Assembly (NCBI GenBank): GCA_032718475.1
Contig: JAUCBJ010002117.1
Coordinates: forward strand, 1 to 61,323
DNA: 61,323 nt
Direction: 5' to 3'
Source of the DNA: Nemertoderma westbladi
Lineage: Eukaryota > Animalia > Xenacoelomorpha
Below are positions 27,641 to 38,638 of this stretch, one piece after another (positions within the stretch are counted from its first letter, which is position 1; the number at the start of each line of letters is the position of its first letter). Under the pieces are notes generated by a model. It saw nothing but the letters and a program-made list of their open reading frames with translations. It was not told the origin of the DNA and did not search any database. A program made the translations under genes and the position numbers.

Positions 27641-28295
27641 TTTATTCCTCTAGACTAAATCTTTCAAATTCCTCGATATGACGAAAGACAGGGTAGTCTA
27701 CTTTTCTTGGGGACTGGGACTTGCCAATCTTTCTTAAATTCTCGTTGCCACACCATTGCCGAATTGGCTAAGCTGTCAAGCTGTGCCCAACGATCAACGA
27801 AAATAACGATACTATGAAACCTCTCTTTCATTTGATTTCATTTGGTTTCATATACACAAAATACCAATAATTATTTATTTTTATCATACTCTGATATTTG
27901 ATCATGGGAACCAAGGCAACTTGGGAAACAGAGTGGAAGGGTTTACTGTGATTAACTTTTTACTAAGATTACCCGTGGTGGTGAACAGGCATTCCTTGAC
28001 TTAACGAGCCTAAAAGATTCTCCCATTCATATTTTATCATTATTTTATAGATATATTGCAACATTTTTTTTATAACTCATAGTGATCCCCCCCAAACTAT
28101 TTTTATCATAAATTGAACTTAACATTTCAGAAAGGGCTTTTTAAATTACAGCCTGTATTTTTAATTACTTCATGATTTTATTCCTTTAAGTTCTATATCC
28201 ATGAACTATCTTTTTATAACAATACTTACTACTTGACATTCTATTCGTAGTTTTTCTCGTTTTTTATCTTTTAATATTTATTTTAATTATTTATT

Positions 28296-29065
28296 AGTAG
28301 TAATAGTATGCCACTCTCTGCGACAGTTGGACCTACTTCGCACCTTGGGTGTTAAGTAGGTCATTAATTAATCAACCAATTAATTAATTGGTCGATTAAA
28401 CAATTAATTAATTGTTTAATCAATCGATTTGTATCAAATAATGTTGCCAAAGGCAATTTAATTTGACACAAATCAATCAGATAGGGACGCGAGATGAATA
28501 AATTGTACTATAACAAACGAAATATACAACACAATAGGAACCATACAATATAATATACAATACATTTGTATTATTTTTGCCGTACAGTAGGTAAAGGTAG
28601 AATTAAATATAAAGACACGAGCGGGGCCCAAAACATAAATTACCCTCACTCGAAAATAAAGTGGACCAGTTTGGCCCTGAGTCATCCATCAATAATCTGC
28701 GGTCGTTGCATTAGCTCAACAACAAAGGCAATACCCAAACACCATGTCTCAAATTAACCCCAACCTTCTCTATACTAGTTACTGGAGTTTTTCTCGCGCA
28801 TACCAACTTCAATCCCACACCTCTTCTCCCCACGCCATCGAACATTCTCCTTTCTTCTCTACCTTTTTTTCTTTTTTCTCTTCTTTTTTCTCCTCTTTTA
28901 TTTTCTGAAAAATTGAGTTCCTGTTCCTATATTCGCAATACCGCAGATGGTGGTCCTTTTCAGCTTCTCTAAAGCTGTGTGCGGCTTCAAAAGGACACTG
29001 AACCATTTTTTCGCTGGGAAAGTTCTTACGACATTTTCTTAAATGGTTGACATATTTTTCTGAAT
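28296..29065 (+). repeat. Left terminal inverted repeat
   Basis: Reverse complement of 31325-32106; mirrored identical ORFs in the track (28473-28685 vs 31717-31929; 28566-28757 vs 31645-31836). Confidence 0.95.
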
Positions 29066-29108
29066 GAATTCGATGTGTGGCGTCATATGGACATATAAAA
29101 TATTCCAT
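28809..29108 (-). CDS. GTSF1-like: GTSF1/Asterix-like protein, 99 aa, two CHHC (U11-48K-type) zinc fingers, intronless
   Basis: MEYFI-CPYDATHRIHSEKYVNHLRKC-RKNFP...CPFEAAHSFREAEKDHHLRYC...WGEEVWD*; CPY/CPF-x3-H-x9-H-x3-C tandem with the RKN linker typical of GTSF1. First ATG at 29108 (track ORF starts at an upstream TTG). Confidence 0.88.
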   Translation of the reverse strand: MEYFICPYDATHRIHSEKYVNHLRKCRKNFPSEKMVQCPFEAAHSFREAEKDHHLRYCEYRNRNSIFQKIKEEKKEEKKEKKVEKKGECSMAWGEEVWD

Positions 29109-29203
29109 AGTAACAAAAGACAAAAGACAAAAGACAAAATTTATTTAGATTTACTTTTTAAAAAAAAAAAAAAACTTTGAAAAACCTCGCTTAATATTTT
29201 TTA

Positions 29204-29241
29204 GAGATAATGATCTAACTTTACATGGTTTTATTTATATA
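29204..29241 (-). promoter_or_regulatory. Candidate TATA box plus initiator for the GTSF1-like gene
   Basis: Minus-strand TATATAAA (29241-29234) with TCATT about 26 nt downstream, ~130 nt upstream of the ATG. AT-rich context, so could be chance. Confidence 0.4.
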
Positions 29242-29839
29242 GAAAGGTCCACCTTAACATTTCAAACAGAACCATAGTTTTTGGTATGGCATGCGTGAAG
29301 GATTAAGCATCCCACGGAATCCCACGTTGAGTTATACTCTAGAATGAAATATAAAGACACAATCGGGGCCCAAAACATAAATTACCCTCACTCGAAAATA
29401 AAGTGGACCAGTTTGGCCCTGAGTCATCCCTCAATAATCTGCGGTCGTTGGGCTCTTATTAACCATAGCATGACTAATCCAAACATCGAATCCTATACTG
29501 TATGTCAACGCGTGAATGGGACCTGCGATAGAGTTTAAATTATTCAAACCTATAGCTTCGTTATTACATCAATTCGCCTAAGAAAATTATAATAAACATC
29601 TGCTCTTGCAATAGATTGCATTCTTTCGCATTGTATTGCGAAGCAGTCCACGCGCATATTAGCTAAACAACAAACCATCGCCCAAACGCCATGTGTCAAG
29701 TCCATGTGAGGGTTGAACCCATGACATGCGGGAGATGTGAATTCAAAGCAACCACTACACCAAGGTGAAACAGTAACGTTTGAATTTGTTCGTTAACGTT
29801 CGAATTTGTAAGACTCTGATTTAAGACCTGAGGCACTCC

Positions 29840-30334
29840 CCACAACCACAGCCACAGCCACAGCCACAACCACAGCCACAACCACAACCACAGCCACAGC
29901 CACAACCACAGCCACAGCCACAGCCACAGCCACAGCCACAACCACAGCCACAGCCACAGCCACAACCACAGCCACAGCCACAGCCACAGCCACAGCCACA
30001 ACCACAGCCACAGCTACAGCCACAGCCACAGACCACAGCCACAGCCACAACCACAGCCACAGCCACAGCCACGAGCCACAGCCACAGACCACAGCCACAA
30101 CCACAGCCACAGCCACAACCACAGCCACAGCCACAGCCACAACCACAGCCACAGCCACAACCACAGCCACAGCCACAGCCACACCACAGCCACAACCACA
30201 GCCACAGCCACAGCCACAACCACAGCCACAGCCACAACCACAACCACAGCCACAGCCACAGCCACAACCACAGCCACAACCACAGCCACAACCACAGCCA
30301 CAACCACAGCCACAGCCATAGCCACAACCACAGC
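29840..30334. repeat. (CCACAG/CCACAA)n hexamer microsatellite at the centre of the element
   Basis: ~80 copies of ccacag/ccacaa; source of the WLWL/CGCG/VAVA ORFs. Confidence 0.97.
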
Positions 30335-30439
30335 CTCACCTTCACCCACTTTATTGTTAAATACGCCTGAGAAAAATTCAAGAAACATCTGGTTTACAAT
30401 AGATTATTCTTTTTTCACAACTCCATTCTAGCCTCCCTC

Positions 30440-30475
30440 TATAAAAGCCCCCATTCACCGCATTCTCATTCATTC
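30440..30475 (+). promoter_or_regulatory. Candidate TATA box plus initiator for the C2H2/acidic ORF
   Basis: TATAAAAG at 30440-30447 followed by cattctcattcattc at 30461-30475; ATG at 30587. Confidence 0.55.
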
Positions 30476-30586
30476 TCTAATTTTTATTTTTAAAAGTTTT
30501 ATTTATTTTCATAAAAGTTTTATTTATTTAAAATTTTGTAAAATCATTCAGCGAAAATTCATAATATCAATTGACATTGCTATATA

Positions 30587-31351
30587 ATGCCTAGCTATGA
30601 AAGATGTTTGGTTTGTAATAAAGAAATGAGACGAGACAGTATATCCCGTCATATGAGTATACATAGAAAGGAAGGTGTAATGGAACCATTACCAAAGAAA
30701 TTAAAAAATAATGATGATATTTTTAGTGAAGAAGAAAACAAAAAGAGAGTTGAGAGTGATTTTCTAGAGATTAAACAAATGATGAAACATAAATTCGAGA
30801 AAATCATGAATATTTTGAAGAATATACAGAAACAGCCACATAGTGAAAAGGACGATGAGAGTGAGGAAGAGAATAAATCAGAGGAAAGTGAGAATGATGA
30901 AACGGAGAGTGAGATAGAGAAAGAAGAAAATGAGAGTGGTGGTGAAGAAAATGAGAGCGAGAAAGAAGTCGAGGAACATGAAAGTGGTGAGGATAATGAC
31001 TCAGATAATGAGGAGATATTAAGACATGTATTAGGAAATAAAAATAAATTGCAGAAAATAATTAGACAATTGAATGAAATGCAGAAACATTCGCATAAGG
31101 AGAGTGATAATGATGGAAATGAGAGTGATGAGGATGAATCGGAGGAGAGTAGCGATGACAGTGAGGAAGAATCAAAGGAGGGTAGCGATGACAGTGAGGA
31201 AGCATCAGAGGAGAATGACAATGAAAATGGACAGAAAATCAGAGTAGGGAATGGAAAAGTTATATCTCCAGCAACTGTTGTATATCGACCTAGGATTATG
31301 AACAGTAACAGTCGTACAGTTAAAATTCAGAAAAATATGTCAACCATTTAA
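30587..31351 (+). CDS. 254-aa protein: N-terminal C2H2 zinc finger, NLS-like PKKLK, two Asp/Glu/Ser-rich tracts; probably 3'-truncated at the TIR junction
   Basis: CLVCNKEMRRDSISRHMSIH (C-x2-C-x12-H-x3-H); last residues IQKNMSTI are read out of frame from the right TIR. Confidence 0.7.
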   Translation: MPSYERCLVCNKEMRRDSISRHMSIHRKEGVMEPLPKKLKNNDDIFSEEENKKRVESDFLEIKQMMKHKFEKIMNILKNIQKQPHSEKDDESEEENKSEESENDETESEIEKEENESGGEENESEKEVEEHESGEDNDSDNEEILRHVLGNKNKLQKIIRQLNEMQKHSHKESDNDGNESDEDESEESSDDSEEESKEGSDDSEEASEENDNENGQKIRVGNGKVISPATVVYRPRIMNSNSRTVKIQKNMSTI

Positions 31352-31593
31352 GAAAATGTCGTAAGAACTTTCCCAGCGAAAAAATGGTTCAGTGTCCTTT
31401 TGAAGCCGCACACAGCTTTAGAGAAGCTGAAAAGGACCACCATCTGCGGTATTGCGAATATAGGAACAGGAACTCAATTTTTCAGAAAATAAAAGAGGAG
31501 AAAAAAGAAGAGAAAAAAGAAGAGAAAAAAGAAAAAAAGGTAGAGAAGAAAGGAGAATGTTCGATGGCGTGGGGAGAAGAGGTGTGGGATTGA
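31325..31593 (+). pseudogene. 5'-truncated inverted duplicate of the GTSF1-like gene in the right TIR
   Basis: Begins mid zinc finger 1 (SEKYVNHLRKC), keeps finger 2 and WGEEVWD; has one extra 12-bp EEKK unit; internal ATG at 31384 gives a 69-aa ORF. Confidence 0.85.
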
Positions 31594-32106
31594 AGTTGGT
31601 ATGCGCGAGAAAAACTACAGTAACTAGTATAGAGAAGGTTGGGGTTAATTTGAGACATGGTGTTTGGGTATTGCCTTTGTTGTTGAGCTAATGCAACGAC
31701 CGCAGATTATTGATGGATGACTCAGGGCCAAACTGGTCCACTTTATTTTCGAGTGAGGGTAATTTATGTTTTGGGCCCCGCTCGTGTCTTTATATTTAAT
31801 TCTACCTTTACCTACTGTACGGCAAAAATAATACAAATGTATTGTATATTATATTGTATGGTTCCTATTGTGTTGTATATTTCGTTTGTTATAGTACAAT
31901 TTATTCATCTCGCGTCCCTATCTGATTGATTTGTGTCAAATTAAATTGCCTTTGGCAACATTATTTGATACAAATCGATTGATTAAACAATTAATTAATT
32001 GTTTAATCGACCAATTAATTAATTGGTTGATTAATTAATGACCTACTTAACACCCAAGGTGTGAAGTGGGTCCAACTGTCGCCAAAGAGGGGTAACCATT
32101 ACTACT
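31325..32106 (-). repeat. Right terminal inverted repeat
   Basis: Reverse complement of 28296-29065; mismatches concentrated in the outer ~50 bp. Confidence 0.95.
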
Positions 32107-34908
32107 TCTATTGTACCAGCATACCCATAATGATTTTATTTGAAACTGCTATCTAATTCCGTCCATCTGAATTTTTTACCCACGAACCCAAAATTATTAT
32201 TTTATATGCTGATATTTTATTCTATAAATTTTACGAAATATTTTATTAACAATTTTATGTGGTGCCTTTGTTTAGTTACATACTATTTACTTATTTACTA
32301 TATACATACAGTAGTTAGGTGTGTATTACTTATTTACTACATACATACACTAGTTAGGTGTGTATTACTTATTTACTACATACATACACTAGTTAGGTGT
32401 GTATTACTTATTTACTACATACATACAGTAGTTAGGTGTGTATTACTTATTTACTACATATATACAGTAGTTAAGTGTGTATTACTTATTTACTACATAC
32501 ATACAGTAGTTAGGTGTGTATTACTTATTTACTACATACATACAGTAGTTAGGTGTGTATTACTGATTTACTACATACATACAGTTAGTTAAGTGTGTAT
32601 TACTTATTTACTACATACATACAGTAGTTAGGTGTGTATTACTTATTTACTACATACATACAGTAGTTAGGTGTGTATTACTTATTTACTACATATATAC
32701 AGTAGTTAAGTGTGTATTACTTATTTACTACATACATACAGTAGTTAGGTGTGTATTACTGATTTACTACATACATACAGTTAGTTACGTGTGTATTACT
32801 TATTTACTACATACATACAGTAGTTAGGTGTGTATTACTTATTTACTACATACATACAGTAGTTAGGTGTGTATTACTTATTTACTACATACATACAGTA
32901 GTTAGGTGTGTATTACTTATTTACTACATACATACAGTAGTTAGGTGTGTATTACTTATTTACTACATACATACAGTAGTTAGGTGTGTATTACTTATTT
33001 ACTACATATATACAGTAGTTAAGTGTGTATTACTTATTTACTACATACATACAGTAGTTAGGTGTGTATTACTTATTTACTACATACATACAGTAGTTAG
33101 GTGTGTATTACTGATTTACTACATACATACAGTTAGTTAAGTGTGTATTACTTATTTACTACATACATACAGTAGTTAGGTGTGTATTACTTATTTACTA
33201 CATACATACAGTAGTTAGGTGTGTATTACTTATTTACTACATATATACAGTAGTTAAGTGTGTATTACTTATTTACTACATACATACAGTAGTTAGGTGT
33301 GTATTACTTATTTACTACATACATACAGTAGTTAAGTGTGTATTACTGATTTACTACATACATACAGTTAGTTAAGTGTGTACTACTGATTTACTACATA
33401 CATACAGTAGTTAGGTGTGTATTACTTATTTACTACATACATACAGTAGTTAGGTGTGTATTACTTATTTACTACATACATACAGTAGTTAGGTGTGTAT
33501 TACTTATTTACTACATACATACACTAGTTAGGTGTGTATTACTTATTTACTACATACATACACTAGTTAGGTGTGTATTACTTATTTACTACATACATAC
33601 AGTAGTTAGGTGTGTATTACTTATTTACTACATATATACAGTAGTTAAGTGTGTATTACTTATTTACTACATACATACAGTAGTTAGGTGTGTATTACTT
33701 ATTTACTACATACATACAGTAGTTAGGTGTGTATTACTTATTTACTACATACATACAGTAGTTAGGTGTGTATTACTTATTTACTACATACATACAGTAG
33801 TTAGGTGTGTATTACTTATTTACTACATACATACAGTAGTTAGGTGTGTATTACTTATTTACTACATACATACAGTAGTTAGGTGTGCATTACTGATTTA
33901 CTACATACATACAGTAGTTAGGTGTGTATTACTGATTTACTACATACATACAGTAGTTAGGTGTGTATTACTTATTTACTACATACATACAGTAGTTAGG
34001 TGTGTATTACTGATTTACTACATACATACAGTAGTTAGGTGTGTATTACTTATTTACTACATACATACAGTAGTTAGGTGTGTATTACTGATTTACTACA
34101 TACATACAGTTAGTTAAGTGTGTATTACTTATTTACTACATACATACAGTAGTTAAGTGTGTATTACTGATTTACTACATACATACAGTTATTTAAGTGT
34201 GTATTACTGATTTACTACATACATACAGTAGTTAGGTGTGTATTACTTATTTACTACATACATACAGTAGTTAGGTGTGTATTACTTATTTACTACATAC
34301 ATACAGTAGTTAGGTGTGTATTACTGATTTACTACATACATACAGTAGTTAGGTGTGTATTACTGATTTACTACATACATACAGTAGTTAGGTGTGTATT
34401 ACTGATTTACTACATACATACAGTAGTTAGGTGTGTATTACTTATTTACTACATACATACAGTAGTTAGGTGTGTATTACTTATTTACTACATATATACA
34501 GTAGTTAAGTGTGTATTACTTATTTACTACATACATACAGTAGTTAGGTGTGTATTACTTATTTACTACATACATACAGTAGTTAGGTGTGTATTACTTA
34601 TTTACTACATACATACAGTAGTTAGGTGTGTATTACTTATTTACTACATACATACAGTAGTTAGGTGTGTATTACTTATTTACTACATACATACAGTAGT
34701 TAGGTGTGTATTACTGATTTACTACATACATACAGTAGTTAGGTGTGCATTACTGATTTACTACATACATACAGTAGTTAGGTGTGTATTACTGATTTAC
34801 TACATACATACAGTAGTTAGGTGTGTATTACTTATTTACTACATACATACAGTAGTTAGGTGTGTATTACTGATTTACTACATACATACAGTAGTTAGGT
34901 GTGTATTA

Positions 34909-35617
34909 CAGTACAGGCCACCAGATAACGCAGATTTGTACAATTGTGAACACATTTTATCAAATGTGTACCAGTGTAATGTAATGTTGTTGAACGGGAC
35001 AATTGAACATAATTGAACATAATTGAATTGGCAACAACCAAAATTTTTTCGCCAAAGGATACAATTGAATACTTTTGAAACGCTTAGTAATCTGGAAACT
35101 CTCTGTAGTTTGCCGCCAACTGTCACTCACTGCAGCTGGAAATGCAATAAGGATATTGTTTACCTTTATAGTGTGCGGTTAATAGTGTCTAGTAGGCAGG
35201 CCTATAGCTAGTGATGTTAAAGCATGTTTCTGGTCTTTCTCTGTGCCCTCTCGGTGTCAGACTAATGGCGCGACATCTCCCTGCACTAAATTAATTATTC
35301 AATGGTCTAGGCTCCTCCATCCACATACCCATCCACTTCCATACACTCCATGAACCTCCATGTGGTCTTGTATGTAGTTCTCTCTCTACCAATACAGCCC
35401 ATGTCCGCAATGTTACGCCCTGGGGGCTCTCTCATCTACCTGATATCAGACATACAGGCGCACCACACGCAAAGCCTTTGTCGGTCCCAGCAAGTTAGCC
35501 TCCTGCTGTGTGATCTAGAAGATAACTCGCCATAACCTGCCAATCAGATGACTTGAACAAATGTGTTAACATGTGATCACATTGGATGAAATCTGCTTTT
35601 TCTGGTGGCCTGTACTG
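34909..35617. mobile_element. Tc1/mariner-type MITE, 709 bp, copy 1
   Basis: TA-cagtacaggccaccagataacgcagattt ... aaatctgctttttctggtggcctgtactg-TA; ~29-bp TIR, TA duplication of the satellite's gtgtatTActtattt site; no transposase ORF. Confidence 0.9.
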
Positions 35618-37344
35618 TACTTATTTACTACATACATACAGTAGTTAGGTGTGTATTACTGATTTACTACATACATACAGTTAGTTAAGTGTGTATTACT
35701 TATTTACTACATACATACAGTAGTTAAGTGTGTATTACTGATTTACTACATACATACAGTTAGTTAAGTGTGTATTACTGATTTACTACATACATACAGT
35801 AGTTAGGTGTGTATTACTTATTTACTACATACATACAGTAGTTAGGTGTGTATTACTTATTTACTACAGACATACAGTAGTTAGGTGTGTATTACTGATT
35901 TACTACATACATACAGTAGTTAGGTGTGTATTACTGATTTACTACATACATACAGTAGTTAGGTGTGTATTACTGATTTACTACATACATACAGTAGTTA
36001 GGTGTGTATTACTTATTTACTACATACATACAGTAGTTAGGTGTGTATTACTTATTTACTACATACATACAGTAGTTAGGTGTGTATTACTGATTTACTA
36101 CATACATACAGTAGTTAGGTGTTTATTACTGATTTACTACATACATACAGTAGTTAGGTGTGTATTACTTATTTATGTACTACATACATACAGTAGTTAG
36201 GTGTGTATTACTGATTTACTACATACATACAGTAGTTAGGTGTGTATTACTGATTTACTACATACATACAGTAGTTAGGTGTGTATTACTTATTTACTAC
36301 ATACATACAGTAGTTAGGTGTGTATTACTTATTTACTACATACATACAGTAGTTAGGTGTGTATTACTGATTTACTACATACATACAGTAGTTAGGTGTG
36401 TATTACTTATTTACTACATACATACAGTAGTTAGGTGTGTATTACTGATTTACTACATACATACAGTTAGTTAAGTGTGTATTACTTATTTACTACATAC
36501 ATACAGTAGTTAGGTGTGTATTACTGATTTACTACATACATACAGTAGTTAGGTGTGTATTACTTATTTACTACATACATACAGTAGTTAGGTGTGCATT
36601 ACTTATTTACTACATACATACAGTAGTTAGGTGTGTATTACTGATTTACTACATACATACAGTAGTTAGGTGTGTATTACTTATTTACTACATACATACA
36701 GTAGTTAGGTGTGTATTACTGATTTACTACATACATACAGTTAGTTAAGTGTGTATTACTTATTTACTACCTACATACAGTAGTTAAGTGTGTATTACTG
36801 ATTTACTACATACATACAGTTAGTTAAGTGTGTATTACTGATTTACTACATACATACAGTAGTTAGGTGTGTATTACTTATTTACTACATACATACAGTA
36901 GTTAGGTGTGTATTACTTATTTACTACATACATACAGTAGTTAGGTGTGTATTACTGATTTACTACATACATACAGTAGTTAGGTGTGTATTACTGATTT
37001 ACTACATACATACAGTAGTTAGGTGTGTATTACTGATTTACTACATACATACAGTAGTTAGGTGTGTATTACTGATTTACTACATACATACAGTAGTTAG
37101 GTGTGTATTACTTATTTACTACATACATACAGTAGTTAGGTGTGTATTACTTATTTACTACATATATACAGTAGTTAAGTGTGTATTACTTATTTACTAC
37201 ATACATACAGTAGTTAGGTGTGTATTACTTATTTACTACATACATACAGTAGTTAGGTGTGTATTACTTATTTACTACATACATACAGTAGTTAGGTGTG
37301 TATTACTGATTTACTACATACATACAGTAGTTAGGTGTGTATTA

Positions 37345-38053
37345 CAGTACAGGCCACCAGATAACGCAGATTTGTACAATTGTGAACACATTTTATCAAA
37401 TGTGTACCAGTGTAATGTAATGTTGTTGAACGGGACAATTGAACATAATTGAACATAATTGAATTGGCAACAACCAAAATTTTTTCGCCAAAGGATACAA
37501 TTGAATACTTTTGAAACGCTTAGTAATCTGGAAACTCTCTGTAGTTTGCCGCCAACTGTCACTCACTGCAGCTGGAAATGCAATAAGGATATTGTTTACC
37601 TTTATAGTGTGCGGTTAATAGTGTCTAGTAGGCAGGCCTATAGCTAGTGATGTTAAAGCATGTTTCTGGTCTTTCTCTGTGCCCTCTCGGTGTCAGACTA
37701 ATGGCGCGACATCTCCCTGCACTAAATTAATTATTCAATGGTCTAGGCTCCTCCATCCACATACCCATCCACTTCCATACACTCCATGAACCTCCATGTG
37801 GTCTTGTATGTAGTTCTCTCTCTACCAATACAGCCCATGTCCGCAATGTTACGCCCTGGGGGCTCTCTCATCTACCTGATATCAGACATACAGGCGCACC
37901 ACACGCAAAGCCTTTGTCGGTCCCAGCAAGTTAGCCTCCTGCTGTGTGATCTAGAAGATAACTCGCCATAACCTGCCAATCAGATGACTTGAACAAATGT
38001 GTTAACATGTGATCACATTGGATGAAATCTGCTTTTTCTGGTGGCCTGTACTG
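37345..38053. mobile_element. Tc1/mariner-type MITE, copy 2
   Basis: Appears identical to copy 1 at offset 2436 (identical ORFs in the track), same position in the satellite unit. Confidence 0.9.
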
Positions 38054-38477
38054 TACTTATTTACTACATACATACAGTAGTTAGGTGTGTATTACTGATT
38101 TACTACATACATACAGTTAGTTAAGTGTGTATTACTTATTTACTACATACATACAGTAGTTAAGTGTGTATTACTGATTTACTACATACATACAGTTAGT
38201 TAAGTGTGTATTACTGATTTACTACATACATACAGTAGTTAGGTGTGTATTACTTATTTACTACATACATACAGTAGTTAGGTGTGTATTACTTATTTAC
38301 TACATACATACAGTAGTACCGGGTGTATACGTGTGTATACCGGTTTGACTTAAACTTTCTGTTCTGTGTCGCGCCTTAGAGTACAACCCCTATGTAATTT
38401 CGGCACTTTATAAATAATTATATATTATTATTATTATATTCTTTTGATTATGAAATAACTTTTTGTTTTTGATTTAG

Positions 38478-38638
38478 GACGACATTTAAAAACCTCATCC
38501 TGCCAGAATATCCTGTATCCGCCGCACATCTACAGCGAGCAAATCGAAAGTCAAAACGAAATCGTTGACGATATTGGCGATAACGAATTGATGGGGGCCT
38601 GGGGTGGGGAGCCGCTTACAAACTCGTCCTCTGTATGA
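38478..38638 (+). CDS. Terminal exon F, cytoplasmic tail (GRHLKTSSCQNILYPPHIYSEQIESQNEIVDDIGDNELMGAWGGEPLTNSSSV*)
   Basis: ttttgtttttgatttag|GA acceptor; 161 nt, phase 1 matches exon E; ends S-S-V-stop (class I PDZ ligand); followed by AT-rich UTR-like sequence. Linkage across a 28.7-kb intron is inferred. Confidence 0.6.

Larger units (their letters stand above)
28296..32106. mobile_element. Non-autonomous Maverick/Polinton-like element (3.8 kb)
   Basis: Begins AGTAGTAAT (28296), ends ATTACTACT (32106); ~770-bp TIRs; flanks tttatt / tctatt (6-bp TSD, one mismatch). AG-repeat termini, long TIRs and 6-bp TSDs are Maverick hallmarks. No pPolB, integrase, ATPase or capsid ORF is present, so the family call rests on structure. 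Confidence 0.75.
32276..38318. repeat. 39-bp AT-rich minisatellite (some 40-bp units), interrupted by two MITE copies
   Basis: Unit gtagttaggtgtgtattacttatttactacatacataca. Confidence 0.97.

Noticed and set aside
28638-28656. Resemblance of aattaccctcactcgaaa to the phage T3 promoter
   Set aside because: Only partial match, embedded in a natural repeat present three times; no vector sequence.
29696-30388. WLWL / CGCG / VAVA ORFs
   Set aside because: Hexamer microsatellite translations.
30649-31221. 190-aa Ser/Leu/Phe-rich minus ORF
   Set aside because: Antisense shadow of the acidic ORF.
28311-32095. piggyBac assignment for the TIR element (CCC.../...GGG inner ends)
   Set aside because: No TTAA duplication; the inverted match extends outward to AGTAGT/ACTACT with a 6-bp TSD, favouring Maverick.
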